DNA of 51,144 nt from Candidatus Fervidifonticultor quintus (GTDB lineage: Bacteria > Sysuimicrobiota > Sysuimicrobiia > Sysuimicrobiales > Humicultoraceae): assembly GCA_031459535.1 (NCBI GenBank), contig JAVKIJ010000012.1:1-51144 (forward strand), written 5' to 3'. Positions 29,990 through 40,570 of the stretch are shown one piece after another. Under the pieces are notes generated by a model. It was not told the DNA's origin, searched no databases, and was given only the letters and a program-made list of their open reading frames with translations. How positions within the stretch are numbered: the first letter of the stretch is position 1; each line of letters begins with the position of its first letter. The translations under genes and the position numbers were made by a program.

Positions 29990-31333
29990 TCATCTCGGTC
30001 CATCCTCAGGCACCCGCTCGGCGTCACGGGCCCTTCCCCACCAGGCCTCCAGGCGCCGGCGGACTTCAGCCTCGTGCCCGTGTGTAGTCGGCTCGTAGTA
30101 ACGTCGGCGCCCGAGGCCCACAGGCCAGTAGTCCTGGAGCACGAAGCCGCCCGGATGGTCGTGGGGGTACTGATAGCCGACGCCATGACCGATCTGGCGC
30201 ACCTGCGGGTGGCTGGCATCCCGCAGGTGGGCGGGAACCTGGCCGGCCCGCGCGTTCTCCACGTCGCGCATCGCGGCGTCGATGCCCCGGACCACGGCGT
30301 TGCTCTTCGGCGCCGACGCGATGTAGATCGCCGCCTCCGCCATGGGGATGCGAGCCTCGGGGAGCCCCACGTACTCCACGGCATGGGCAGCGGCCGTGGC
30401 CACCACCAGGGCCAGAGGATCGGCCAGGCCGACGTCCTCGGCGGCATGGACGACCATGCGGCGGGCGATGAAACGCGGGTCCTCGCCGGCAGCGAGCATG
30501 CGCGCCAGCCAGTACAGCGCCGCGTCGGGGTCAGAGCCCCGCAGGCTCTTGATGAATGCCGAAATGGTGTCGTAGTGGGCGTCCCCGTCGCGGTCATAAG
30601 GCAGCGCCCGTCGCTGGCTCGCGTCCACCACGGCGGCCAGGGTCACGTGGCGCCCGGCTTCATCCTGCGACGCGACCGCCGCGGCGGCTTCCAGCACGTT
30701 GAGCGCGACCCGGGCGTCTCCATTGCTGATGCGCACTAGGTGCGCCATGGCGTCGTCGTCCACCCGCACCCGCAGGTCGCCCAGCCCCACCGGGTCACGC
30801 AACGCACGGCCGAGGATGGTCCTGATGTCGTCGTCGCTCAACGGCTGCAGTTGCGCCACCCGGGAACGTGACACGAGTGTGGCGTTGACTTCATAGAACG
30901 GGTTCTCGGTCGTGGCCCCAATGAGGATGAGAGTACCATCCTCCACGTGGGGCAGGAGCACATCCTGCTGAGCCTTGTTGAATCGGTGGATCTCGTCGAT
31001 GATGAGCAGGGTACGCTGCTGGTGGAACCGCAGCCGGTCTTTGGCTTCCGAGATGATTCGCTTCAGGTCCGCCACGCCGGCCGTGACCGCGTTGACCTGC
31101 TCCACGTACGAGCGGGTCTTGGCGGCGACGATCAGCGCCAGAGAGGTCTTGCCGGTTCCGGGTGGGCCCCACAGGATGAGGCTGTGGACCTGATCGCCAT
31201 CAATGGCCGCCCGCAGAGCCCTGCCCGGGCCGACCAGGTGCGCCTGGCCCACGAACTCGTCGAGCGTGCGCGGTCGCATGCGCGCCGCCAGGGGCGCACC
31301 AGCCCGCACCGGAGCCTGATCAAACAGCGCCAT
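29990..31333 (-). CDS. rarA: Replication-associated recombination protein A (RarA/MgsA AAA+ ATPase)
   Basis: [46 protein letters not shown] and [11 protein letters not shown] at 31333. Confidence 0.95.
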   Translation of the reverse strand: MALFDQAPVRAGAPLAARMRPRTLDEFVGQAHLVGPGRALRAAIDGDQVHSLILWGPPGTGKTSLALIVAAKTRSYVEQVNAVTAGVADLKRIISEAKDRLRFHQQRTLLIIDEIHRFNKAQQDVLLPHVEDGTLILIGATTENPFYEVNATLVSRSRVAQLQPLSDDDIRTILGRALRDPVGLGDLRVRVDDDAMAHLVRISNGDARVALNVLEAAAAVASQDEAGRHVTLAAVVDASQRRALPYDRDGDAHYDTISAFIKSLRGSDPDAALYWLARMLAAGEDPRFIARRMVVHAAEDVGLADPLALVVATAAAHAVEYVGLPEARIPMAEAAIYIASAPKSNAVVRGIDAAMRDVENARAGQVPAHLRDASHPQVRQIGHGVGYQYPHDHPGGFVLQDYWPVGLGRRRYYEPTTHGHEAEVRRRLEAWWGRARDAERVPEDGPR

Positions 31334-31408
31334 GGGTCTGCTCACCCCTTGTATCGTAGCACGGGGACCGGCGCAGGGGTGCCGCCGCAGCCCTGCGAAG
31401 AGAGCGGT

Positions 31409-32623
31409 GTGACCAGCGCCGCCTTTCGTATCGCCTGCAAGCGGGAGTCCACGGTCATCACCCGCTTCGGCCCCGGGGAGGAAATCTACGCCTTCGACCA
31501 CGCCGGCCGCCTCTTCACCGCCTGGAGAGGCAACCGCCTCTACCGGAGGGCGCTTGACGGTCGGACCATGGAGAAGCACACGGACCGGACCGGCCGGCAC
31601 CCGCGCCGGTTCAGACGCTTCCTCGAACCGGCCGAGTGCCGATCGCTCGTCGAGGAGGCGGCGGCGACGGCGCGGGAGGCCCTGGCCGCGCTGTCCCGGT
31701 CAGAGGCCGAAGTCATCTGGTCGCTGCCGGGCCCCGAACGGTCCGACCAGGTGCGGCAGCTGGTGACCGCTGCCGGCCGGTTCACGGCCGAGGCGGCCGA
31801 GGCGGACCGGAGGCGATTCGAGTCGGTCTACACCCCGGTTGCGATCCTGCCACCCGACCGATACCTGGCGCTCGTGGTGCAGGTCACCGAGGGGTGCCAT
31901 TGGAACCAGTGCACGTTCTGCTCGTTCTATCGCGACCGGCCTTTCCGCGTCAAGCCCTACGAGGAGTTCGTCAGGCACCTAGAGGACGTCATCGCGTTCT
32001 TCGGCAACGGCCTGTCCTTGCGGCGCGGGGTCTTCCTGGGCGATGCGAACGCGCTGCTGCTCCCCACGGAGCTGCTGGTGCCGCGGCTCGACCACCTCAG
32101 GGGTAGGCTTCCGGGTCTGGCCGAAGACATCTCGGCGTTTGTGGACGTGTTCACGGGCCACCGACGGCAGAGTACCGATCTTGCTCCCTTGTCCGGCCGC
32201 GGGCTGCGACGGATCTATGCGGGACTGGAGAGCGGCGACGACGAACTCCTGGCGTTCCTCAACAAACCGCAGACCGCGGCCGAGTGCGTGGAGCTGGTGC
32301 ACGTCGCCAAGGCAGCGGGGCTGCGCGTGGGGGTCATTGTGATGGCCGGGATCGGTGGCCGCGCCTATTGGAAGCGCCACGTCACGGCCACGGTGGCGAC
32401 CATCGCGCAGATGCGGCTCGGGGCCGGCGACCTCGCCTATGTGTCGGCGTTCGAAGCACCGAGCCGGGGCCCGTACGCCGAACGCGCCAGGGCCGCAGGC
32501 ATCGGGGCCCTGGACCAGACCGAGGTGGCCGATCAGGCTGACGAACTCCTGCGGGCGATCGCCGGCGTGGTGGAACCAGGCGCACGGGTGGCGCCGTACG
32601 ACATCCAGGAGTTCCTGTACTGA
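31409..32623 (+). CDS. Radical SAM protein of unknown function with an N-terminal extension
   Basis: CxxxCxxC motif GCHWNQCTFCSFY, VFLGDANAL and YAGLESGD; GTG start at 31409 is approximate. Confidence 0.88.
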   Translation: MTSAAFRIACKRESTVITRFGPGEEIYAFDHAGRLFTAWRGNRLYRRALDGRTMEKHTDRTGRHPRRFRRFLEPAECRSLVEEAAATAREALAALSRSEAEVIWSLPGPERSDQVRQLVTAAGRFTAEAAEADRRRFESVYTPVAILPPDRYLALVVQVTEGCHWNQCTFCSFYRDRPFRVKPYEEFVRHLEDVIAFFGNGLSLRRGVFLGDANALLLPTELLVPRLDHLRGRLPGLAEDISAFVDVFTGHRRQSTDLAPLSGRGLRRIYAGLESGDDELLAFLNKPQTAAECVELVHVAKAAGLRVGVIVMAGIGGRAYWKRHVTATVATIAQMRLGAGDLAYVSAFEAPSRGPYAERARAAGIGALDQTEVADQADELLRAIAGVVEPGARVAPYDIQEFLY

Positions 32624-32653
32624 CAGCCCGGCGGCACCCCCGACCGCCTATGC

Positions 32654-32685
32654 TGGCGGGCGGCCGCTGTTGCGGCCGCCCGCCA
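32654..32685. terminator. Perfect 14-bp GC hairpin between the converging radical SAM gene and 6S RNA (possible bidirectional terminator)
   Basis: TGGCGGGCGGCCGC-TGTT-GCGGCCGCCCGCCA; no clear U-tract. Confidence 0.55.
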
Positions 32686-32689
32686 CATC

Positions 32690-32876
32690 GTTCTCCGCAG
32701 TGCCGTGCAGGCCATAGCCCCCGAACCCTACTCTCGTAGGTGGGTGCCTCCCGACCGCTTCGTCCGCCCGCGGATCACGCGCAGACCCCGTACACGGTCG
32801 GAGGTGGGCTCCCGGGCATGATGTGTTGGATCGGGACTATCGGCCCGCCTCGCACACCGCAGAGAACCCTCTGCCC
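32690..32876 (-). ncRNA. ssrS: 6S RNA
   Basis: About 185 nt; terminal stem GUUCUCUGCGGUG/CACUGCGGAGAAC; internal GGGAGC...GGCACCCACCU...AGGGUUC motifs typical of Firmicutes 6S; own promoter; classic position after aspS and near rarA. Confidence 0.85.
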
Positions 32877-32882
32877 ACTGCC

Positions 32883-32911
32883 ATGGTACCAGATCGACCC
32901 CGCTGCCGCAA
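32883..32911 (-). promoter_or_regulatory. Promoter of 6S RNA
   Basis: TTGCGG-17 nt-TACCAT with a TG extended -10, about 20 nt downstream of the aspS stop. Confidence 0.65.
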
Positions 32912-32930
32912 ACGCCTCCCGCGCCCGCCG

Positions 32931-34711
<1,781 letters not shown>

Positions 34712-34715
<4 letters not shown>

Positions 34716-36019
34716 CGGCCCTCACCTCCGCGCCAGCCCAGCTCGGGTACCACCCGGCCCAGCCGGGCAGTGAGGACCCGGGCGAGCTCGGTCCTCGGCA
34801 CAGCCACCTGCGCGCCGGTCTTCATCTCTCGCACGGTGACCGTGCCAGCGGCCAGCTCGTGGTCGCCCAGTACCAGGGCGAGTCGTGCGCCGATCCGGTC
34901 GGCGTGCTTGAACTGCGCTCGCGCGTCGCGCCTCAGCAGATCGCCTTCGGCGCGCACGCCGGCCTGACGCAGGGCGTCCAGCAGCACCACACCCTCACCC
35001 CGCACGCCCTCGCCGACGATCACCACCATGACCTCCACCGGCCGACCGCCCTGGGGCAGCAGCCCTTCGCCCTCGGCGACCAGCAACAGGCGGTCGAGGC
35101 CAAACCCAAAGCCCACCCCAGGCGTGGGCGGGCCGCCCAACTGCTCGGCCAGCCCGTCGTATCGGCCACCGCCAAACATGGCATTCTGGGCACCGAGCCG
35201 ACCGGAGAAGACCTCAACCGCGGTCCGCGTATAGTAGTCGAGGCCGCGCACGATGAACGGGTCGATCACGTAGCGCACGCCCAGCAGGTCGAAGTACTGC
35301 TTCACCCCTTCGAAGTGCGCGGCGCACGGCTCACACAGGTACTGGATGCTGGGCGGCGCGTCCCGCGCGATCCGGTGGCAGGCCTCCCTCTTGCAGTCCA
35401 GCACCCGCAGCGGGTTGCGCTCCAGGCGTCGGCGGCAGTCGTCGCAGAGCTGGTCGGCGTGCGGTCGGAAGTAGTGCCGCAGGGCGGCCAGATAGCGTGG
35501 GCGGCAAGCGGCATCGCCCACGCTGTTGAGGTGGACCTCCACTTCGGTCAGTCCCATGGCCTGCATGAGCCGGATGGGCAGGACCAGCACTTCGGCGTCG
35601 GCCGCGGGGTCCGGACTGCCAATGATCTCGGCGCCGAACTGGGTGTGCTGCCGGTAGCGGCCCTTCTGCGGCCGGTCGTACCGGAACATGGGCGCGATGT
35701 AGTAGAACTTGACGGGCTGGGGGTGCTGACGCAAGCCGTGTTCCAGGTAGGCCCGCATGACTGCCGCCGTGCCCTCTGGGCGCAGGCTGAGCGAACGCCC
35801 ACCGCGATCGGCAAAGGTGTACATCTCCTTCTCGACCATGTCGGTAGCCTCGCCCACCGTGCGCTGGAACACCTCGGTGTGCTCCACCACCGGTGTGCGG
35901 ATCTCCTGGAAGGCGTATCGGGCGGCGAGATCGTGAATCCTTGCCTCCAGCTCTCGCCAGCGTTCCACCTCGCCGGGCAGGATGTCGCGCATGCCCCGCG
36001 GTGCCTGGATCGTTGCCAT
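34712..36019 (-). CDS. hisS: Histidine--tRNA ligase
   Basis: PRGMRD, LRPEGTA, FRYDRPQKGRYRQH, VRGLDYY and GGGRYD; ATG at 36019 follows GAGGAGGAG. Confidence 0.96.
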
Positions 36020-36042
36020 GCCGCTCCTCCTCGCCACCCGGG

Positions 36043-36300
36043 AAAAGAACAACGCCCTCGTCCTCAGGGACGAGAGCGCTGGTGTCTCCCGCGGTGCCAC
36101 CCTGGTTCCCGACCGGCCACCGCCGCGTCGGACCCTCGGCGCGATCACGGGCGCACCCGGGCGGGCACGCCTGCATCCGTACCCGCCGCCGGCTCAGGGG
36201 TGTCACTCGGACCCGGGAGCCTGAAGACGCTTGCAGCGACCCGCGCCCTCTCTCTGATAGGACCGGGGCCACCCTTCCCCGTCGTTGCCGGCCCGTAGTG
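36043..36300 (-). promoter_or_regulatory. T-box riboswitch (His specifier CAC) controlling hisS-aspS, transcription-attenuation type
   Basis: AG box CAGAGAG, GCUG loop, specifier CAC at 36200-36202, T-box AACCAGGGUGGCACCGCG (36090-36107), and terminator GCGCUCUCGUCC/GGACGAGGGCGU followed by UGUUCUUUU. Confidence 0.92.
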
Positions 36301-36319
36301 GCGGCGAACTTGTCGTCTG

Positions 36320-36349
36320 ATTCTAGCCAGCTCCACGCAAGCCTGTCAA
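36320..36349 (-). promoter_or_regulatory. Sigma70-type promoter upstream of the T-box/hisS
   Basis: TTGACA-18 nt-TAGAAT. Confidence 0.75.
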
Positions 36350-36423
36350 ACTGCGGCCAGGAGGCGCCTGCCCCGGAGGCGAACTAGCACAGCGATCCCA
36401 CTGCCGGGGAGGCGCTGGCTGGC

Positions 36424-37131
36424 GTGCAGGCGATCATACTGGCCGGAGGTAGGGGCGAGCGGCTGCGGCCATTTACCGAGGATCGGCCCAAACCCATGGT
36501 GCAGATTCTCGGCGTGCCGATCCTGGCCTATCAGCTCCACTGGCTGCAGACCCAGGGCGTTACCGACATCGTCATGGCGTGCGGGTACCGGCACGAAGTC
36601 ATCCAGAACTACTTCGGGCACGGAGAGAAATGGGGGCTGTCCATTCAGTACTCCGTCGAGCACGAACCGCTCGGGCGCGGCGGCGCCATCCGTCGGGCCT
36701 ACGGAATGCTGCCCGGCTCCCCCGACCTGGTGCTGGCCACCAACGGGGACATCATTACCAACCTGCGTCTGCCGCCCCTCCTCGCCCACCATCGGGAGCA
36801 GGGGCACCTGGCCACGGTGGTCCTGACCCCCTATGTGAGCGCCTACGGTCTGGTCGAGGTCAGCGACGATGACCGCGTGATCGCGTTCCACGAGAAGCCC
36901 ACGCTGCCGTACTGGGTCAACGCCGGCATCTACGTGCTCTCCCGGGACGCGGTGGTCATGTTCCCGGAGGTGGGTGATCACGAGACGACGGCCTTCCCCA
37001 AACTGGCCGAACAGCGCCGGCTGGGCGCCTTCAAGTCGCGGGACTACTGGCGCTCGGTCGATACGGTCAAGGATCTGAACGAGGTCAGCCAGGAGCTGGA
37101 GCGGCGTCTGCTCACGTCGTTCCTGACGTAG
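36424..37131 (+). CDS. NTP-transferase family (sugar-phosphate nucleotidyltransferase-like) protein, catalytic domain only
   Basis: ILAGGRGERLRPFT..PKPMV, EPLGRGGAI, NGDI and VNAGIY. Confidence 0.9.
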   Translation: MQAIILAGGRGERLRPFTEDRPKPMVQILGVPILAYQLHWLQTQGVTDIVMACGYRHEVIQNYFGHGEKWGLSIQYSVEHEPLGRGGAIRRAYGMLPGSPDLVLATNGDIITNLRLPPLLAHHREQGHLATVVLTPYVSAYGLVEVSDDDRVIAFHEKPTLPYWVNAGIYVLSRDAVVMFPEVGDHETTAFPKLAEQRRLGAFKSRDYWRSVDTVKDLNEVSQELERRLLTSFLT

Positions 37132-37747
37132 CCAGCTCCCCGGGCACCGAGTTCAGCATCACGAGCACCGGACGGCCCCGCGTGACCTCAAAGACGCTCA
37201 GGGATCCCGGCGAGATCTCCATCCGGCGCATGGCGTCCCATGGCAGCTCCAACAGCCGGCAGACGAGAGCCAGCAGGGGATCCTGATGCGAGACTAGCAG
37301 CGTGGTCCCGCCAGCCGTGAGGTACTCCACCGCGGCGGCGGCCATGCGAGCGCCGATGGCCTCAACAGGCTCCATGCCGGGCACGCGGGCCCGGTCCGGG
37401 GCCGTCCGCCACGCGTGCCACTGCTCAGGATACCGGATCATAATCTCGGAAACCGCCACCCCCTCCCAGATACCCATGGCGGTCTCGGTCAGCCGCGCAT
37501 CGGTGGTGACGTCCATCCCCAGGGCGCTGGCGATGATGGCTGCGGTCTGTGCGGCACGCTCGAGGGGACTGGTCACGATCCGGTCGGGCGGATCGGAGGC
37601 CAGCCGCCGGGCCAGCGCCCGAGCCTCCGCCTGTCCCCTCGGGCTCAGGTGTACCCCTGGAAGGCGGCCCGCCAGCCGGTTGATGGGCGGACTCAACCAG
37701 GCATGGTGCCCGTGCCTGACCAGGAGGAGGCGCGCGCCCTCACGCAT
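37112..37747 (-). CDS. Histidine phosphatase (phosphoglycerate mutase) family protein
   Basis: LVRHG, SPLERAAQTA, E..MG.WEG and VSHQDPL. Confidence 0.88.
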   Translation of the reverse strand: MREGARLLLVRHGHHAWLSPPINRLAGRLPGVHLSPRGQAEARALARRLASDPPDRIVTSPLERAAQTAAIIASALGMDVTTDARLTETAMGIWEGVAVSEIMIRYPEQWHAWRTAPDRARVPGMEPVEAIGARMAAAAVEYLTAGGTTLLVSHQDPLLALVCRLLELPWDAMRRMEISPGSLSVFEVTRGRPVLVMLNSVPGELATSGTT

Positions 37748-38183
37748 CGCTGTCGAGGATCAGCGTCACCGGACCGTCGTTGAGTATCTCCACCAGCATA
37801 GTCGCCCGAAACCGCCCTGTCGCCACGTGCAGCCCGTAATGGCGCAGCGCCGCCACGAAGTGGTCGCACAACGGCTCGGCCTGCTCCGGCGGCGCGGCGT
37901 GCACGAATGACGGCCGTCGGCCGCGGCTCGTGTCCCCGTAGAGGGTGAACTGGGAGACAACGAGGACGGACCCGCCCACGTCGAGCACCGACCGGTTCAA
38001 CTTGCCCTGCTCGTCGCCGAAGATGCGCAGGTGGGCCACCTTGTGCGCCAGGGCCGAGGCCTCACCCGGCCCGTCTGCGGTCGAGATGCCCACCAGGACA
38101 CACAGGCCGGATCCTATGGCGGCCACGGTCTGGTCAGCGATGCGCACCGCTGCGCGCTGCACCCGCTGCACAACGGCACGCAT
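37740..38183 (-). CDS. dtd: D-aminoacyl-tRNA deacylase
   Basis: MRAVVQRV, SQFTL, GRRPSF and NDGPVT. Confidence 0.96.
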   Translation of the reverse strand: MRAVVQRVQRAAVRIADQTVAAIGSGLCVLVGISTADGPGEASALAHKVAHLRIFGDEQGKLNRSVLDVGGSVLVVSQFTLYGDTSRGRRPSFVHAAPPEQAEPLCDHFVAALRHYGLHVATGRFRATMLVEILNDGPVTLILDSDA

Positions 38184-38186
38184 CGG

Positions 38187-39365
38187 TCAGGGTGACGGTG
38201 CGGCCACAGCCAGCACCTCAGCGAGGGCCTCGGCAACCAGGCCGTTGTCCTCCAGGGTGTTGTAGAAGTACGGCGACAGACGCACAATTCCCGGGCGGGA
38301 GTCTACGATGATGCCCCGGCGACGCAACCCCCCTACCACCGACGGTGGGTCGGGCACCGGCACGGTGACGATCCCCGCGTGCTCCTCCAGATCGTTCGGA
38401 ACCCTCGGCCTCAATCCGGCGGACCGCAGCCGGTCGACCAGGTCTCCAACCAGCTGGAGCTGGCGCGTGCGCAACCGCGAGACGCCGATCTCCAGCACGA
38501 TGTCCAGGCCCGCGGCAGCCGCGTAGACGGCCGCCACCGATGGCGTCCCGCCCTCGAAGCGCCTGGCATCCGAGGCCGGTTCGAAGCGGTCTGGCACGAA
38601 CGCAAACTGGCTCTTGTGTGCGAACCAGCCCACGTCGTTGGGGTGAAGTCGGTCGTGCAGGCCGCGGCGTACGTACAGGAAGGCAACCCCTGGGCCCCCC
38701 AGCAGCCACTTGAGCCCCCCGCTCACCAGGAAGTCCACGCCGGCAGCGTGCACGTCGGTCGGAAGCTGCCCGGTCGCCTGGTAGGCATCGATGAGGCAGA
38801 GCGCGCCGGCTTGGTGGGCAATTTCGGCTACGCGCTCCACCTGCTGCACGTAGCCGCTCTGGAAGTACACGTGCGAGGCCACGACCAGCTCGGTCCGCTG
38901 ATCGGTGGCCCGGGCGTACTCATCGACGGACACCGTCAGGCCGTCCTGGCCGCTCAGAAGAACCGGCCTGACGCCCGCGTCCTGCTTGGCCAGCCACTGG
39001 TACACGGTGGTGGGGAAGTCCAGCGTGCTGATCACCACCCCGGGACGCTCTCGGTAAGCGAACGCGCTGGCCACCGCGGTGAGCGCCGCCGTGACGGACG
39101 GGAACAGCGCGATCTCGTCGGAGTCGGCACCAATGACCCGCGCGCACCTCTCCCGCAGCCCGCTCAACGTCTGCCACCAGGGGCCGTACCAGGCCGACGC
39201 CCCTTCGCGGTGCCACAGCGCCAAGAACTCGAGCACCGCCCGCTCCACGCGGACAGAGAGCGCGCCCAGCGAGCAGGTGTTGAAGTACAGGCAGCGTTCG
39301 AAGATGGGGAACTCGGCTCGATAGGCCTCCAGCGGGCCCGGCACCGGGCCAGGCTGACCGCTCAC
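38187..39365 (-). CDS. Class V PLP-dependent enzyme (kynureninase-like)
   Basis: IDAYQ, DFLVSGGLKWLLGGPG (PLP Lys), GWFAH, RFEGGTP and RLSPYFYN. Confidence 0.82.
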   Translation of the reverse strand: MSGQPGPVPGPLEAYRAEFPIFERCLYFNTCSLGALSVRVERAVLEFLALWHREGASAWYGPWWQTLSGLRERCARVIGADSDEIALFPSVTAALTAVASAFAYRERPGVVISTLDFPTTVYQWLAKQDAGVRPVLLSGQDGLTVSVDEYARATDQRTELVVASHVYFQSGYVQQVERVAEIAHQAGALCLIDAYQATGQLPTDVHAAGVDFLVSGGLKWLLGGPGVAFLYVRRGLHDRLHPNDVGWFAHKSQFAFVPDRFEPASDARRFEGGTPSVAAVYAAAAGLDIVLEIGVSRLRTRQLQLVGDLVDRLRSAGLRPRVPNDLEEHAGIVTVPVPDPPSVVGGLRRRGIIVDSRPGIVRLSPYFYNTLEDNGLVAEALAEVLAVAAPSP

Positions 39366-40543
39366 GCCCGCAGCGCAGGCGCCAGCGCCCGCAGCCGGCG
39401 CCGGACCTCGTCAAGGGTCTCCGGCTTCTTTGGAAAGGCAAACCGGACCAGCGACCGGCCTGCCCCGGCATCTCGGTAGAAACTGCTGCCGGGCACGCCT
39501 GCCACCCCCACACGCTCGATCATCCGGCTGGTGAAGGTGACGTCATCGTCCCGGGCCAGACCGCTGAAGTCGGCCATGATGTAGTAGGCGCCCTGAGGCA
39601 CCGCACAGCGGAAGCCGGCTTCTGTCAGGATCTCCAGCATTTGGTCCCGCTTGGCCTGGTAGATGCGACTCAGGTCGCGGTAGTACTGGCGTGGGAACGC
39701 CAGCGCTCTGGCTCCGGCCTCCTGCAACGGCGCCGCGGCGCCCACCGTCAGGAAATCATGCGCTCGCCGCACGCCATCGGAGATGGCTTCGTTGGCGGTG
39801 ATGACCCATCCCACCCGCCACCCGGTCACGCTGTAGGTCTTGGACATGCTGTTGATGGTGATGGTGCGGCGGGCCATGCCCGGCAGCGACGCCAGGCTGA
39901 TATGCGCGGCGCCATCATAGAGGATGTGCTCGTAGACCTCGTCCGTGATGGCCAGCACATCCCGCTCCTGGCAGAGCCCCGCGATCAGGTCGAGTTCAGA
40001 TCGGGTGAAGACCTTGCCGGTGGGATTGTGGGGCGTGTTCACAACGATGGCGCGGGTCCTGGGACCGAACGCCTCCCGCAGTTCGTCCCCGTCGAACGGC
40101 ATCCCGGCGTGGCTCAGATCCAGGCGGACGTATCTGAGCCGAGCGCCGGACAGCAGGGCATCTGGCCCGTAGTTCTCGTAGAACGGCTCGAACACCACCA
40201 CCTCATCGCCCGGGTTGAGCACCGCGAGCATGGTGGCCATCATGGCCTCCGTCGCCCCACAGGTCACGGTGATGTGGCGTTCGGGATCCACGTCCAACCC
40301 GTTGCTCCATGCCACCTTGAGGGCGATGGCTTGGCGCAGCCGCGGCGACCCCCACGTGATCGCGTACTGGTTCCAGCCTCCCCGCAGGGCCTCAACGGCG
40401 GCCTCGAGGAGCTCGGCGGGGGGGTCGAAGTCGGGGAAGCCCTGGGCCAGATTGATGGCGCCGTGCTCGTGGCTCAACCGGGTCATCTCACGGATGACCG
40501 ACTCCGTGAACAGGTCAACGCGACCCGCCGTCGTTCGCTGCAC
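39362..40543 (-). CDS. Class I/II aminotransferase (YbdL/kynurenine-methionine aminotransferase-like)
   Basis: INLAQGFPDF, NTPHNPTGKV, DEVYEH and SMSKTYSVTGWRVGW. Confidence 0.9.
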   Translation of the reverse strand: MQRTTAGRVDLFTESVIREMTRLSHEHGAINLAQGFPDFDPPAELLEAAVEALRGGWNQYAITWGSPRLRQAIALKVAWSNGLDVDPERHITVTCGATEAMMATMLAVLNPGDEVVVFEPFYENYGPDALLSGARLRYVRLDLSHAGMPFDGDELREAFGPRTRAIVVNTPHNPTGKVFTRSELDLIAGLCQERDVLAITDEVYEHILYDGAAHISLASLPGMARRTITINSMSKTYSVTGWRVGWVITANEAISDGVRRAHDFLTVGAAAPLQEAGARALAFPRQYYRDLSRIYQAKRDQMLEILTEAGFRCAVPQGAYYIMADFSGLARDDDVTFTSRMIERVGVAGVPGSSFYRDAGAGRSLVRFAFPKKPETLDEVRRRLRALAPALRA

Positions 40544-40570
40544 GCCCAGCCTCCTCGTCAGGCCCTCGGG

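Noticed and set aside
37112-37131. 20-nt convergent overlap of the NTP-transferase and histidine phosphatase 3' ends
   Set aside because: Short tail-to-tail overlaps are common in compact GC-rich genomes; no evidence of function.
38187-39365. Class V enzyme as the cysteine desulfurase supplying MnmA
   Set aside because: It lacks the IscS/SufS catalytic Cys loop (SSGSAC or RxGHHC); the motifs fit kynureninase-like enzymes better.
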